DNA of 64,000 nt, taken from Gemmatimonas sp. (GTDB lineage: Bacteria > Gemmatimonadota > Gemmatimonadetes > Gemmatimonadales > Gemmatimonadaceae). A model generated the notes under the pieces. It did no database searches, was not told the origin of the DNA, and was given only the letters and a program-made list of their open reading frames with translations. Position 1 is the stretch's first letter. Each line of letters opens with the position of its first letter. Below are positions 1 through 9,357 of the stretch, piece by piece. The translations under genes were made by a program, and so were the position numbers. The stretch spans positions 16,231 through 80,230 of the forward strand of contig JANYJW010000039.1 in NCBI GenBank assembly GCA_025361705.1, in the 5' to 3' direction.

Positions 1-755
1 TCCAGCCCGACGTGTTTCGCGCAGGACTGGGTGGGTTGTACTGCCGCGCGCTCGCGGCGCTGCACGTGAAGACCGCGGCCGCGGCGACCATTCCGCAGGA
101 CACCGTGAAGAAGCCGGCGACGACGGCCGCCGCCACGCCGCCCCAGGACACCGTAAAGAAGCCGGCGGGGCCGCCATTGCAGGTATTGTCACCGGCCGGA
201 CAACAGGCAGCGCAACAGGCAGCGGCGCAGGCAGCACATCCCGCCGAGCAGGCCGATCCCCAGCGCCACGGTCCCGGCGTGCCGCCGCCGTCGGCCGGCC
301 TCGTCCCCGAGGACCAGGCGCTCACGGCCAGCACGCGCTCGCTGATCGTCGAGGGCACCAAGATCCAGTTCATGAACGCCGCCAACGTGGTCGACGGCCA
401 TTCGGTGGAGATCGAAAAGAAGTTCGCCATCGCCGCCGCCTGCTTCATCTTCGTGCTCCTCGGCGCGCCCATCGCCTTGCGCTTTCCGCGCGGCGGCGTG
501 GGGATGACCATTGGCGTCTCGCTGGCCGTCTTCGGCCTGTACTATGTGGGGCTCATCGTCGGCGAGACGATGGCCGACCGCGACTACGTGACGCCCTTCT
601 GGGGGATGTGGTCGGCCAACTTCATCCTCGGCGCCATCGGGCTGGTGCTGACCATCCGGCTTGGGCGTGAGGGCACGACGAACCGCGGCAGTGAGACCAC
701 GGAACTGCTCGACCGCGCGCGGCGGCGCGTGCTGCGCCTCGTACGGCGGCGCTGA
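1..755 (+). CDS. lptF: LptF/LptG-family (YjgP/YjgQ) LPS-export permease, 5' end outside window
   Basis: Frame is open to nt 1. The C-terminal ~140 aa (EIEKKFAIAAACFIFVLLGAPIALRFPRGG..., three predicted TM helices) fit YjgP/YjgQ permeases. TGATG junction with the downstream paralog. The F versus G call is by gene order only. Confidence 0.7.
   Translation, partial: QPDVFRAGLGGLYCRALAALHVKTAAAATIPQDTVKKPATTAAATPPQDTVKKPAGPPLQVLSPAGQQAAQQAAAQAAHPAEQADPQRHGPGVPPPSAGLVPEDQALTASTRSLIVEGTKIQFMNAANVVDGHSVEIEKKFAIAAACFIFVLLGAPIALRFPRGGVGMTIGVSLAVFGLYYVGLIVGETMADRDYVTPFWGMWSANFILGAIGLVLTIRLGREGTTNRGSETTELLDRARRRVLRLVRRR
96..167 (+). repeat. Two 24-bp direct repeats (caggacaccgtRaagaagccggcg), 48-bp period, inside the lptF-like CDS
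   Basis: Copies at 96-119 and 144-167 differ at one base. They encode the duplicated peptide PQDTVKKPA within a low-complexity Ala/Gln/Pro insert. Confidence 0.85.
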
Positions 756-1840
756 TGCGCATCCTCAAGCCGCTCGACCGCTACGTCCTCGCCGAGTGGG
801 TGAAGATCTTCATCGGCACGGCGATGGGCTTTCCGCTGCTGGTGATCGTCATTGACCTCACGGAGAAGCTCGACAAGTACCTGAACCGCAGCCTCGCGCC
901 GCGCGACATCGCACTGGCGTACCTGTACGGCATCCCCGACACGATGTTCCTCGTGCTGCCGGCGGCCGTGCTCTTTGCCACCGTCTTCTCTGTCGGCGCG
1001 TTCACGCGGCACAGCGAGATCACGGCGGCCAAGGCGAGCGGCATCAGCTTCTACCGCTTCATCATGCCGATGGCGCTGGGCGCGCTGATGGCCACCGGCA
1101 TGGGCCTGGCCATTGGCGCCGTGTCGCCGTACACCAACTCGCGGCGCGTGGAGCTCCTCAAGGAGCGCCAGTTCACCAACCGGTCGACGCGCTTCAACTT
1201 CACGTACGCCGCCGACGGCGGACGCGTCTACACCATCTCGGGCGCCGACGTCGAAAAGAAGGCACTCGACGGCGTGGTGGTGGAACGCAAGGGAAAGGAC
1301 GCGAGCTATCCGACGTACTTCGTGGCCGCGCGCTCGGGCAAGTACGATGCGCGCCGCCAGCGCTGGACCCTGCAGGGCGGCGTGATGCACATCCTGCCCA
1401 CCGACAGCATGAACATCACCATCGCCTTTGATTCGCTGCGCGACCGGCTGATGACGGAAGAGCCGAGGGCCCTGATGGCCAGCTCCAAGGTGCCCGACGA
1501 GATGACGTTCGCCGAGCTCGGCATGTTCATCCGCAACCTTGAGCGGTCGGGAAGCGACGTGGGTGCGCTGAAGGTGGGCCGCATGCTCAAGATCGCCATT
1601 CCCGTCACGTGCCTCATCATCATGCTCTTTGGCGCGCCCCTCGCCACCAGCACGCAGCGCGGCGGCACCGCCTTTGGCGTGGGCATCAGTCTCGGCACGA
1701 CGGTCGTCTTCCTGATGCTCGTGCAGCTCACGCAGGCCATTGGCAGCAAGGGGCTGGTGCCGCCCAACCTCGCCGCGTGGCTGCCGGGCATGGTGTTCGG
1801 CTTTGTGGGGATCGTGCTCTTGTCGAGAGTGCGAACGTAA
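755..1840 (+). CDS. lptG: LptG/LptF-family LPS-export permease
   Basis: 361 aa. N-terminus MRILKPLDRYVLAEWVKIFIGTAMGFPLLVIVIDL and six predicted TM segments around a central periplasmic domain are typical of YjgP/YjgQ proteins. Overlaps the upstream paralog stop. Confidence 0.8.
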   Translation: MRILKPLDRYVLAEWVKIFIGTAMGFPLLVIVIDLTEKLDKYLNRSLAPRDIALAYLYGIPDTMFLVLPAAVLFATVFSVGAFTRHSEITAAKASGISFYRFIMPMALGALMATGMGLAIGAVSPYTNSRRVELLKERQFTNRSTRFNFTYAADGGRVYTISGADVEKKALDGVVVERKGKDASYPTYFVAARSGKYDARRQRWTLQGGVMHILPTDSMNITIAFDSLRDRLMTEEPRALMASSKVPDEMTFAELGMFIRNLERSGSDVGALKVGRMLKIAIPVTCLIIMLFGAPLATSTQRGGTAFGVGISLGTTVVFLMLVQLTQAIGSKGLVPPNLAAWLPGMVFGFVGIVLLSRVRT

Positions 1841-1844
1841 CGGC

Positions 1845-1853
1845 GATTGAGGA
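1845..1853 (+). repeat. GATTGAGGA motif copy (intergenic repeat family 1)
   Basis: Exact 9-mer, 5 nt after the lptG stop. The same 9-mer occurs at 14722, 19604 and 49502, always intergenic. Confidence 0.7.
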
Positions 1854-1875
1854 TCTGGCATCGCCCCGACATGCA

Positions 1876-1912
1876 CGAACCCCCCGGCGCCACTTCGGCG
1901 CCGGGGGGTTCG
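1876..1912. terminator. Bidirectional intrinsic-terminator-like hairpin
   Basis: Perfect 16-bp stem cgaaccccccggcgcc / ggcgccggggggttcg with a 5-nt loop, between convergent lptG and the TonB-dependent receptor, followed by tcttgt. Confidence 0.75.
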
Positions 1913-1926
1913 TCTTGTGCGTCACA

Positions 1927-4900
1927 TCAGAACGTGTACTTCAGGCTCATCTGCATCTGGTAGATCGAGCTGAAGTTCTGCCGGCTCGCATAGAAGTACG
2001 TCGGGTTGAACGTGAACTTCGCCCGCGCCCCCGTGGCTCCGAGCATCGACCCGGTTTCCTTGCTGTTGTACACCAGCGGCGCATCCATCGTGCCGGACCC
2101 GACGAAGTCCTGGGCGCCCCAGTTCTTGTTGAGCAGGTTGGCCAGGTTGAAGATGTCCAGCTGCAGCGTGAGGTTGTTGATCGCCGGCGCATTGAGCGCA
2201 CTGGCCAGCCCGAGCGTGCCAAGGTTCTGGCGGATCGAGACGTTGATCATGTGGTGGAACGGCTCCAGGCAGGAGTTGCGCTCCATGATCTTGCCCTTCT
2301 GGTCGCGCAGGCACTTGTGGTTGTTGACGAACGCCTCGAACGCATCCTGCTGCTCGGCGATCGTCGCGGTCGACGTGGCCACGAAGATCACTTCGTTCGA
2401 GTCGCGGACGTTCGACGGGATGTACATCAGGTCGTTCACCTGCCCGTCGGCGTTCAGGTCGCCACTGCCGCCCGAGACGGCGTAGTGGAAGCGCTGGCCG
2501 CTCTCGCCGCGATACGTGCCCGAGAACGTCGTGCCCGTCTTCGGGAACGTGTACGACCCGGCGGCGACGATGCGGTGCGGCTGCTCGAACACCGAGTGGC
2601 CGAGCTTCTGGGCGTTGATGTCGCCCTGCACCACGGCGCCAAGCGGCTGGCCAAACTTGTACTGCGACAGCGCCGTCGACGACGTCAGGTTCATCACGTC
2701 GAAGGCCTGCGAGTAGGTGTAGAACAGCGAGCCCTCGAAGTTGCCGCGGTACTTGCGCGTCAGGCCGGCCGTGTACTGGTAGGAGTAATCCTTGGAGTAG
2801 TTGGAGACCGTGATCACCGCGCTGCGCGTGCCCTTGTAGACCGGCGAGCCGATCTGCGTGCCGTACATCGCGCGGCCGTGGCGGTCGTAGCCCTGCAGGC
2901 CCGTGAGCGCCTCGTTCTTGTAGTACCAGGCGTTCAGGCCCTTGGTGTACATGCCTTCGACCGTCGCCACCCAGCCATCACCGATCGCCCGGTCATAGCC
3001 GAACGAGGCGCGCGAGCTGGTCGGGAACTTGACGTCCTTGCCGATATAGTCGATCTCGCCCGTCGTCGACAGCGGCGCGGGCGTGGTGCCCGAGGCGCAG
3101 GCGAGCGGCGGCGAGGCGATGGTGCCCAGCGAGAAGGTCGGCGCCGGATTCGCCGTCGTGTTGCAGGTGAGCTGCGAGAACCCGGTCACGCCGGAGTTCT
3201 GGAACGAGTTCGACATCCAGACGAAGGCCGGACGGCCCGTGAAGTAGCCCCAGCCGCCGCGCAGCTGGTTCTTGCCGTCGCCCGTCAGGTCCCAGTTGAA
3301 GCCGACACGCGGCGAGATGACGGTGTTGCCGCTCGGGATCTCCGAGGTGTTGATGCCGTACGCCGACTCCACCAGCGGGTTCAGCGGCGGCTTCTTGTCA
3401 AAGACCGACACGTCGGAGCGGACGCCGTACGTGATCGCCAGGCGGTTGGTGGCCTGCCACACGTCCTGGATGAAGAACGCGTTCATGTGCTGGCGGAAGT
3501 GCACCTGCCCGTCCTTGCCGTCGCCCGGAGCCGAGACGAGGTAGGAACTGGCCTTGCCGGCCTGGAACTCGTCGAGCGAGTTGAACGTCCAGTTGCCGAA
3601 GATGTTCTGGCCGAATGCGTTGCGCACGAGGTAGAACGAGTTCTGCGTGCCGATGGACACCACGTGCTTCAGGCCGATCGGCATCGACAGCTGGTCGTTG
3701 ACCTCGACGATGTCCTGGTCGAGCTCGTTGAGCTGCGACGAGTTCTCGGAGCCGCCCAGCATCGTGATGCCCGACGATCCCTTGACCGCGTACTGCGGCG
3801 TGCCCGGCACGAACAGGGCGCGCTTGTCGCGGATCTTCGTGTAGCCGACCGAGAGTTCATTGTAGCCGCGGGCGCCGAACGCCGAACGCAGCTGGGCCAC
3901 CCACGCGCTCTTGTCGCTCTTCATCGTGTAGCCGTTGTCCAGCATCTTGAAGCTGGTCGACGTCAGGCTGCGGCTGAAGTTGTCCTGCTGTGAGTGCGCG
4001 TAGTTGTTGCGCAAGGTCAGCGTGGAGTTGAACGGCAGCTTCTGGATGTCGAGACGGATGAACGAGTTGGTCAGCGGGTTGGTGTTCTGGCGCGGACCGC
4101 CGTCCGTGGGCGGCAGGTTGTAGCTGGCCGCGATCGACGCAAGCCGCGCGGCATCGGCAGCCGACGGAATGTTCGAGAAGGGGCCACCGAGGTACGGGCC
4201 GCTGGCCGGCTGGGCCTGACCCTGCACTTCGAAGTTCGTGAAGAAGTGGATGCGGTCCTTGATGATCGGGCCGCCCAGCGAGAAGCCGGTCTGCGTCTGG
4301 CGGAACTTGGTCACGTACGGGAGCTGGCGCTCCATCTGCTGGTCGCGGAAGTACCAGTACGCGCTGCCGAACGTCTTGTTGGTGCCGCTCTTCGTGACGG
4401 CGTTCACCAGCAGGCCGGCGAAGTTGCCGTAGCTCACGTCGTAGGGCGAAAGCAGCACTTGGTACTGCTTCACCGACTCGACGCCGATCGACTTGCCGCC
4501 AGCCTGTCCGCCCGGCTGGCCCGACGAGCCGAGGCCGAACAGGTCGGTCTCGTTGGAGCCGTCGATCTGGATGTTGTTGTACCGGTTGTTCGCGCCGCCG
4601 CCCGACATGCCCGGGCCGCCCATCGACACCTGCGGCGTGAGCGCCACAAAATCGGTGAAGTTGCGGTTCAGCGTCGGCAGGCGCCGCATCGCCGAGTCGC
4701 CGAGCGTCGTGCCCACGCCGGTCTTGGACGACGTGATCACCGGGTCAATCTCGGCGCTCACCGTCACCTGGCTGAGCGTCGTCGCCTGCTGCGTCAGCTG
4801 CACGTCGACGCGCGTGGCCTGGCCCAGCGTGACCGCCTGGTCGGGCTTGGTCACCGGCGCAAAGCCGATGCGACGCACCGTCACGGCATAACCGCTGCCC

Positions 4901-5130
4901 GGCTGGAGGCCGAGGACGTTGAAGCGACCATCGCTGCTGGTCTGGACGCCACGGCTGCCACCCGTGCCACGATTGAGCACCTGCACCTGCGCGCCTTCGA
5001 TCGGGCTGCCGCCACCATCGGTCACACGGCCGCCAATCGATCCGGTGGTCTGCGCCGAGGCGCCGGTCGCGATTGCAAGCAACATCGCGGCAGCGGCACC
5101 CAAACGAGCCTTCAGACGAAGAAGGTTCAT
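1927..5130 (-). CDS. TonB-dependent outer-membrane receptor with N-terminal CarboxypepD_reg-like domain
   Basis: Signal peptide MNLLRLKARLGAAAAMLLAIATGASAQ. TGSIGGRVTDGGGSPIEGAQVQV...GFAPV is a carboxypeptidase-regulatory fold, followed by a plug and long beta-barrel. C-terminal ...MSLKYTF ends in an aromatic residue. Start taken at the internal ATG (5130), not the ORF-track start. Confidence 0.9.
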   Translation of the reverse strand: MNLLRLKARLGAAAAMLLAIATGASAQTTGSIGGRVTDGGGSPIEGAQVQVLNRGTGGSRGVQTSSDGRFNVLGLQPGSGYAVTVRRIGFAPVTKPDQAVTLGQATRVDVQLTQQATTLSQVTVSAEIDPVITSSKTGVGTTLGDSAMRRLPTLNRNFTDFVALTPQVSMGGPGMSGGGANNRYNNIQIDGSNETDLFGLGSSGQPGGQAGGKSIGVESVKQYQVLLSPYDVSYGNFAGLLVNAVTKSGTNKTFGSAYWYFRDQQMERQLPYVTKFRQTQTGFSLGGPIIKDRIHFFTNFEVQGQAQPASGPYLGGPFSNIPSAADAARLASIAASYNLPPTDGGPRQNTNPLTNSFIRLDIQKLPFNSTLTLRNNYAHSQQDNFSRSLTSTSFKMLDNGYTMKSDKSAWVAQLRSAFGARGYNELSVGYTKIRDKRALFVPGTPQYAVKGSSGITMLGGSENSSQLNELDQDIVEVNDQLSMPIGLKHVVSIGTQNSFYLVRNAFGQNIFGNWTFNSLDEFQAGKASSYLVSAPGDGKDGQVHFRQHMNAFFIQDVWQATNRLAITYGVRSDVSVFDKKPPLNPLVESAYGINTSEIPSGNTVISPRVGFNWDLTGDGKNQLRGGWGYFTGRPAFVWMSNSFQNSGVTGFSQLTCNTTANPAPTFSLGTIASPPLACASGTTPAPLSTTGEIDYIGKDVKFPTSSRASFGYDRAIGDGWVATVEGMYTKGLNAWYYKNEALTGLQGYDRHGRAMYGTQIGSPVYKGTRSAVITVSNYSKDYSYQYTAGLTRKYRGNFEGSLFYTYSQAFDVMNLTSSTALSQYKFGQPLGAVVQGDINAQKLGHSVFEQPHRIVAAGSYTFPKTGTTFSGTYRGESGQRFHYAVSGGSGDLNADGQVNDLMYIPSNVRDSNEVIFVATSTATIAEQQDAFEAFVNNHKCLRDQKGKIMERNSCLEPFHHMINVSIRQNLGTLGLASALNAPAINNLTLQLDIFNLANLLNKNWGAQDFVGSGTMDAPLVYNSKETGSMLGATGARAKFTFNPTYFYASRQNFSSIYQMQMSLKYTF

Positions 5131-5309
5131 ATGCTGTAAGGGTCCTATTGAAATGGGGTGGGAAAGCACCCAGCGCCCCATCGGGGCGGGAGGTGGAACA
5201 TCTATGAAAGATGGCGAAATCAGGGACGCGGGTCAACGCGCACATCATGGTCAAATGGTGTGTGACGCGGGCGACGATTCGCGGGTAATTCCGTCCTGCG
5301 TGACCTCTG

Positions 5310-6665
5310 CTACCGAACCCGGCGCCCCACGGTGAGGTAGTAGACGGGCACGCCCGTCAGCAGGATCCCGAAGACGCCCACGGTCATCCAGCGGCTCGCG
5401 GGATTGAGGAACCCGTTGGCCAGCAAGTAGATAACCGACCCCACGAAGAGAAGCGGCACCACGGGATATCCGGGCACGCGGAACGACGGGTTGTACCCGG
5501 GACGCTTGCGCAGGCGGAATATCGCCGCCACCGCCATGGCGTAGAACGGCAGGAACGCCGTCACGAAGGCATCGGCCAACTGCTCGAAACTGCGCAGCAG
5601 CACGAAGATCGCGCCCAGCGAGGCGGTGAGCGCAATCGCCACCCACGGGGTCTCGAACCGGGGATGCACCTTGGCCACCGCCGGGAAGAACAGCTTGTCG
5701 TCCGCCATCGCAAAGAAGATGCGCGGCGTCGTGAACAACGAGGCATTGAGCGTGCCGAACGTCGAGAGCATCACCGTCACGGCCACGAGCACCACGCCCG
5801 AGGGACCAATGAGCCGCTGGGCCACGTCGGCCGCCACCAGCTTGGAATGGCGGATCTCCTCGATGGGCATCACGGCGAGGTAGGCGACATTGGCCAGCAG
5901 GTAGATGGCGATCACCGCCAGCGTCCCGCCGATGAGCGCCCGCGGCAGGATGCGCTGCGGATCCTTGACCTCGCCCGCCGCGTAGCTGAGGTCGGCCCAG
6001 CCGTCGAACGCCCACAGCGTCGACACGAGCGCAAGGCCGAACGCGGTGGTCGAAAAGGCACCCGCGGGCACAGCCGGCGTGAAGTGCCCGCCGGTCTGCG
6101 GCCACCCGATGGCAAAGGCGATGAAGACGATGAACAGCAGACCGCCGTACTTGGCCAGCACCGTGATGTTGGTGACGGCGGCGCCGAGCCGCACGCCCAG
6201 AATGTTGAATGTCCCTGTCGCGAGGATGGCCAGCGCCGCCCCGACGCGCACCTGCATCACGTGCTCCGGCGCGATCGGATCGACACCGATGACCCGGTGG
6301 AAGTACTCGCTGAACGTGATGGCGATGGCACCCAGCGACGCGGCGCGGATCATCACCAGTTGGCCCCAGCCGAGCAGGAACGCCGGCAGCCGCCCCCAGC
6401 CGTCGCGCACAAACACATAGATCCCGCCCGTCTGTGGCAGCGCGCTCGCCACCTCGGCGAGCGTCAGCGCACCGCACAGCGCGAAGATGCCGCCCACCAC
6501 CCAGACGGAGAGCATTGCGACTGGACCCGGCAGCTTGTCGGCGATGCCGGCCGGCGACCGGAAGATGCCGGAGCCGATGGTCGAGCCGATAACGACGGAC
6601 ACAGCGGCCCACAGGCCGATTTGCCGCTGCAGCGTTGGAGCGGCGGGTGTGGAGGGTGATGGCAT
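5310..6665 (-). CDS. APC-superfamily amino-acid permease
   Basis: LWAAVSVVIGSTIGSGIFRSPAGIA signature and about 12 TM segments. Start placed at ATG 6665 (MPSPSTP...). Confidence 0.9.
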   Translation of the reverse strand: MPSPSTPAAPTLQRQIGLWAAVSVVIGSTIGSGIFRSPAGIADKLPGPVAMLSVWVVGGIFALCGALTLAEVASALPQTGGIYVFVRDGWGRLPAFLLGWGQLVMIRAASLGAIAITFSEYFHRVIGVDPIAPEHVMQVRVGAALAILATGTFNILGVRLGAAVTNITVLAKYGGLLFIVFIAFAIGWPQTGGHFTPAVPAGAFSTTAFGLALVSTLWAFDGWADLSYAAGEVKDPQRILPRALIGGTLAVIAIYLLANVAYLAVMPIEEIRHSKLVAADVAQRLIGPSGVVLVAVTVMLSTFGTLNASLFTTPRIFFAMADDKLFFPAVAKVHPRFETPWVAIALTASLGAIFVLLRSFEQLADAFVTAFLPFYAMAVAAIFRLRKRPGYNPSFRVPGYPVVPLLFVGSVIYLLANGFLNPASRWMTVGVFGILLTGVPVYYLTVGRRVR

Positions 6666-6770
6666 CGCGCTAGTGTAGCGGGCGCCACGCACCGGCGCGA
6701 GTGGGTGGGGCACCGGGCCGGGCACCGCAACGTTGAATTGGGAGGAGCGGACAGCGATTCTTCCCCTGGC

Positions 6771-6784
6771 CCCCTGCACCACAC
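6771..6784 (+). repeat. CCCCTGCACCACAC motif (intergenic repeat family 2)
   Basis: Exact 14-mer shared with 56171-56184. A related cccctgcaccctgcacccc lies at 39495-39513. All three sit just upstream of plus-strand starts. Confidence 0.7.
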
Positions 6785-6827
6785 CCTGCCCCTTCCTTTG
6801 CACCACACCGTGCCTGTGCCTGTGCCC

Positions 6828-7073
6828 GTGCCCCTGTTGTTCTGGATCTGCATCACCCTAGTGGTGGTCGCCCAGCTGCTGATCCTGCGCTCCACCGTAC
6901 GGGCCATGCGCGCATCGTCCTCGGCGAGCGCCCGACGCACCATCGAATGGGCGTACGCCGTGGTGCCGATGGTCGTCCTCGCCGTGGTGCTCGTGGCCAC
7001 ATGGCAGGCGTCGCGAGACCATGGGACGCGCCAGGACATGGAAGCGCGCGCCAACCAGACGAGCGCCTCGTGA
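6828..7073 (+). CDS. Small two-TM membrane protein translationally coupled to ctaB
   Basis: High GC3 frame. Two hydrophobic helices (LLFWICITLVVVAQLLIL and IEWAYAVVPMVVLAVVLVATW). Stop TGA 7071-7073 overlaps the ctaB GTG (7070) as GTGA. Start is ambiguous among the GTGs at 6810/6816/6822/6828. Confidence 0.45.
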   Translation: MPLLFWICITLVVVAQLLILRSTVRAMRASSSASARRTIEWAYAVVPMVVLAVVLVATWQASRDHGTRQDMEARANQTSAS

Positions 7074-7975
7074 CGGCCGACACCGCCGCCACCATGGCCG
7101 TGCGCGAGCCATCGCTCGCCCGCGACCTCATTGCCCTGACCAAGCCGCGCATCATCTCGCTGCTGCTGCTCACCACGCTCGCGCCGATGTTCGTGGCGGG
7201 GACGCCCTCGTGGGCGGTCATTTTGTGGACGGGCATCGGCGGGTACCTGATGGCCGGCGGGGCGAACGCGGTGAACATGTACCTCGACCGCGACATCGAC
7301 CATGTGATGGCGCGCACCAGGCTGCGCCCCATTCCGAGCGGCCGCATGGCGGCGCGCGCGGTGCTCGCGTTCGGCGTCGCCATTGCGACGGCGGCCACAT
7401 GGCTGCTTGGGCACTACGTGAACGTGCTCACGGCGGCGCTCGCGCTGTCCGGCTTCTATTTCTACGTCTTCGTCTACACGCAGTGGCTCAAGCGCACCAC
7501 GCCGCAGAACATCGTGCTGGGCGGGGCGGCCGGCGCCTTTCCACCGCTCGTCGGCTGGGCCGCGGTGAACGGGCGCGTGGACCTGGCGTCCATCTACCTG
7601 TTCCTCATCATCTTCTACTGGACGCCACCGCACTTCTGGGCGCTCGCGCTCATCAAGCAGCACGACTACGGCCGCGCCGGCGTGCCGATGGCACCCAACA
7701 TCTGGGGCGAGCACGAAACCATCGACCAGATGCTCTGGTACACGGTGCTGCTCATCGGGCTCACCGTGCTGCCGGTCACGTTCGGGGTGTTCGGCACCTT
7801 CTATCTCGCGTCGGCTCTCGTGCTGGGCGGCATCCTGCTGCAGGGCGTGTGGCGCATTCGGGCGCTCGCCGCACGAGGCGAACTGTGGACCGCCGCCGCG
7901 TGGAAGGTCTACAAATTCTCGCTGCTGTATCTGGCGTTGCTGTTCGTGGCGATGGCGGTGGATCGGCACATCTAA
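7070..7975 (+). CDS. ctaB: Protoheme IX farnesyltransferase (heme O synthase)
   Basis: UbiA-family motifs GGANAVNMYLDRDIDHVMARTRLRPIPSG and YWTPPHFWALAL. Alternative ATG start at 7094. Confidence 0.9.
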   Translation: MTADTAATMAVREPSLARDLIALTKPRIISLLLLTTLAPMFVAGTPSWAVILWTGIGGYLMAGGANAVNMYLDRDIDHVMARTRLRPIPSGRMAARAVLAFGVAIATAATWLLGHYVNVLTAALALSGFYFYVFVYTQWLKRTTPQNIVLGGAAGAFPPLVGWAAVNGRVDLASIYLFLIIFYWTPPHFWALALIKQHDYGRAGVPMAPNIWGEHETIDQMLWYTVLLIGLTVLPVTFGVFGTFYLASALVLGGILLQGVWRIRALAARGELWTAAAWKVYKFSLLYLALLFVAMAVDRHI

Positions 7976-8039
7976 CCAACGGCGTCTGGCTGGTGATGCC
8001 ACACAGCGTACAGCCACCGTGGGACATGCGCGGTACGCT

Positions 8040-9356
8040 CTACGCCGTACGCCGTGCGGCGGTCCACCAGACGAGGGCGCCGAGTGCGAGAAGCGCGGTG
8101 CCGAAGAGTGACATCTTGAGCTCGCTGACGTAGGCGCTGAAGATTCCCACCACGCCGGCGGCGACGAAGAAGGCGGGGAGCCACGGGTAGCCGAACGCGC
8201 GGTAGGGGCGCGCGAGACCGGGCCGCTTGGCGCGCAGGGTGAACACCGACGCGGCGCCGAGCACGAAGAAGATCCAGTCGGCAAAGACGACGCCGCCCAG
8301 CAGTGTGCCAATGCTGCCGCGCGTGGCGAGCAGGAGCACCAGCGACCAGCCGCCGAGCATCACGAGCGCCACCCAGGGCGAGCCAAAGCGCGCGTGCACG
8401 CGCCCGGCGGCACGCAGCATGGGCACGTCGGCGCCGAGCGCAAAGACGACGCGTGCGTTGGAGAGCAGCGCGACGTTGACGAAGCCGAGAATGGAGAGCA
8501 TGGCCGCCACCGTGATGGCGGTGGCTGCGGCGGCGCCGCCAAAGCGCGCGGCGGTGTCGGCGGCCGGCGCCACGCTCACGGCGAGTCCATCGCGACCGAG
8601 GGCCCCAAGGTACGTCCCCGTGACACCGAGATAGACGACGATCACCATGGCAATGCCGATGCCAAGCGCGCGCGGAATGTTGCGCCCGGGGTCGCGGATT
8701 TCGCCGGCAATCATGTTCATTTGCTGCCAGCCACCGATGGTGAAGAGCACGGCGACGAAAGCGGCGGAGAATCCTCTGCCGAGCGGCATAGGCGGTGGCA
8801 CCACCGTGGGCACGGGCGCCGGGCCAGCGCCGCCGAACGCGAGCACGAGTCCGCCGACGATGAGTCCGGCGAGCGCCGCAATCTTGGCGATGGTCAGCAC
8901 GTTCTGCACCGCGACGCCGGGCTTGATGCCCAGGATGTTGGTGGCCGTGAGCAGCACGATGGTGAGTGACGCCACGCCGATGGGGCCGCCCACGGCGCCG
9001 AGCGGGACGAACTTGGCGAGATAGCCGGCAAATCCCATCGCAACGGCCGCGATGGCGCCACTCGAGATGAGCCCGGCATTCATCCAGGCCGAGAGGAACG
9101 CGGGGAGCGGTCCGTAGGCCTCACGGATATAAACGTACGCGCCGCCCGCCTCGGGGAGCATGGCGCCAAGCTCGGCGTAGGTGAGCGCGCCGGCGAGCGC
9201 GACAACGCCGCCCAGCGACCAGACGAAGACCACCCATCCGGCTGACGGCAACGCGGCAGCAGTGGCGGCTGGGGTGAAGAAGATGCCCGAGCCGATGATG
9301 CCACCGACCACGAGGAGGGCGGCGGAAAAGAGGCCGAGTTCGCGTTTCAGCGCCAT
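8040..9356 (-). CDS. APC-superfamily amino-acid permease
   Basis: LFSAALLVVGGIIGSGIFFTP signature and a multi-TM profile. Starts 1 nt after the upstream M24 peptidase stop. Confidence 0.9.
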   Translation of the reverse strand: MALKRELGLFSAALLVVGGIIGSGIFFTPAATAAALPSAGWVVFVWSLGGVVALAGALTYAELGAMLPEAGGAYVYIREAYGPLPAFLSAWMNAGLISSGAIAAVAMGFAGYLAKFVPLGAVGGPIGVASLTIVLLTATNILGIKPGVAVQNVLTIAKIAALAGLIVGGLVLAFGGAGPAPVPTVVPPPMPLGRGFSAAFVAVLFTIGGWQQMNMIAGEIRDPGRNIPRALGIGIAMVIVVYLGVTGTYLGALGRDGLAVSVAPAADTAARFGGAAAATAITVAAMLSILGFVNVALLSNARVVFALGADVPMLRAAGRVHARFGSPWVALVMLGGWSLVLLLATRGSIGTLLGGVVFADWIFFVLGAASVFTLRAKRPGLARPYRAFGYPWLPAFFVAAGVVGIFSAYVSELKMSLFGTALLALGALVWWTAARRTA

Positions 9357-9357
9357 G

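Noticed and set aside
1609-3993. 794-aa plus-strand ORF overlapping lptG and running antisense through the TonB-dependent receptor gene
   Set aside because: It is Arg/His/Val/Ala-rich with no recognisable motif, and it lies antisense to a gene with strong family signatures. This is a typical high-GC long-ORF artefact.
6705-6827. The upstream part of ORF 6705-7073 (MGHRAGHRNVELGG...PLPLHHTVPVPVPVP)
   Set aside because: It is a translation of the family 2 repeat and the permease promoter region. Its composition is non-protein-like. Only the distal two-TM part was kept, at low confidence.
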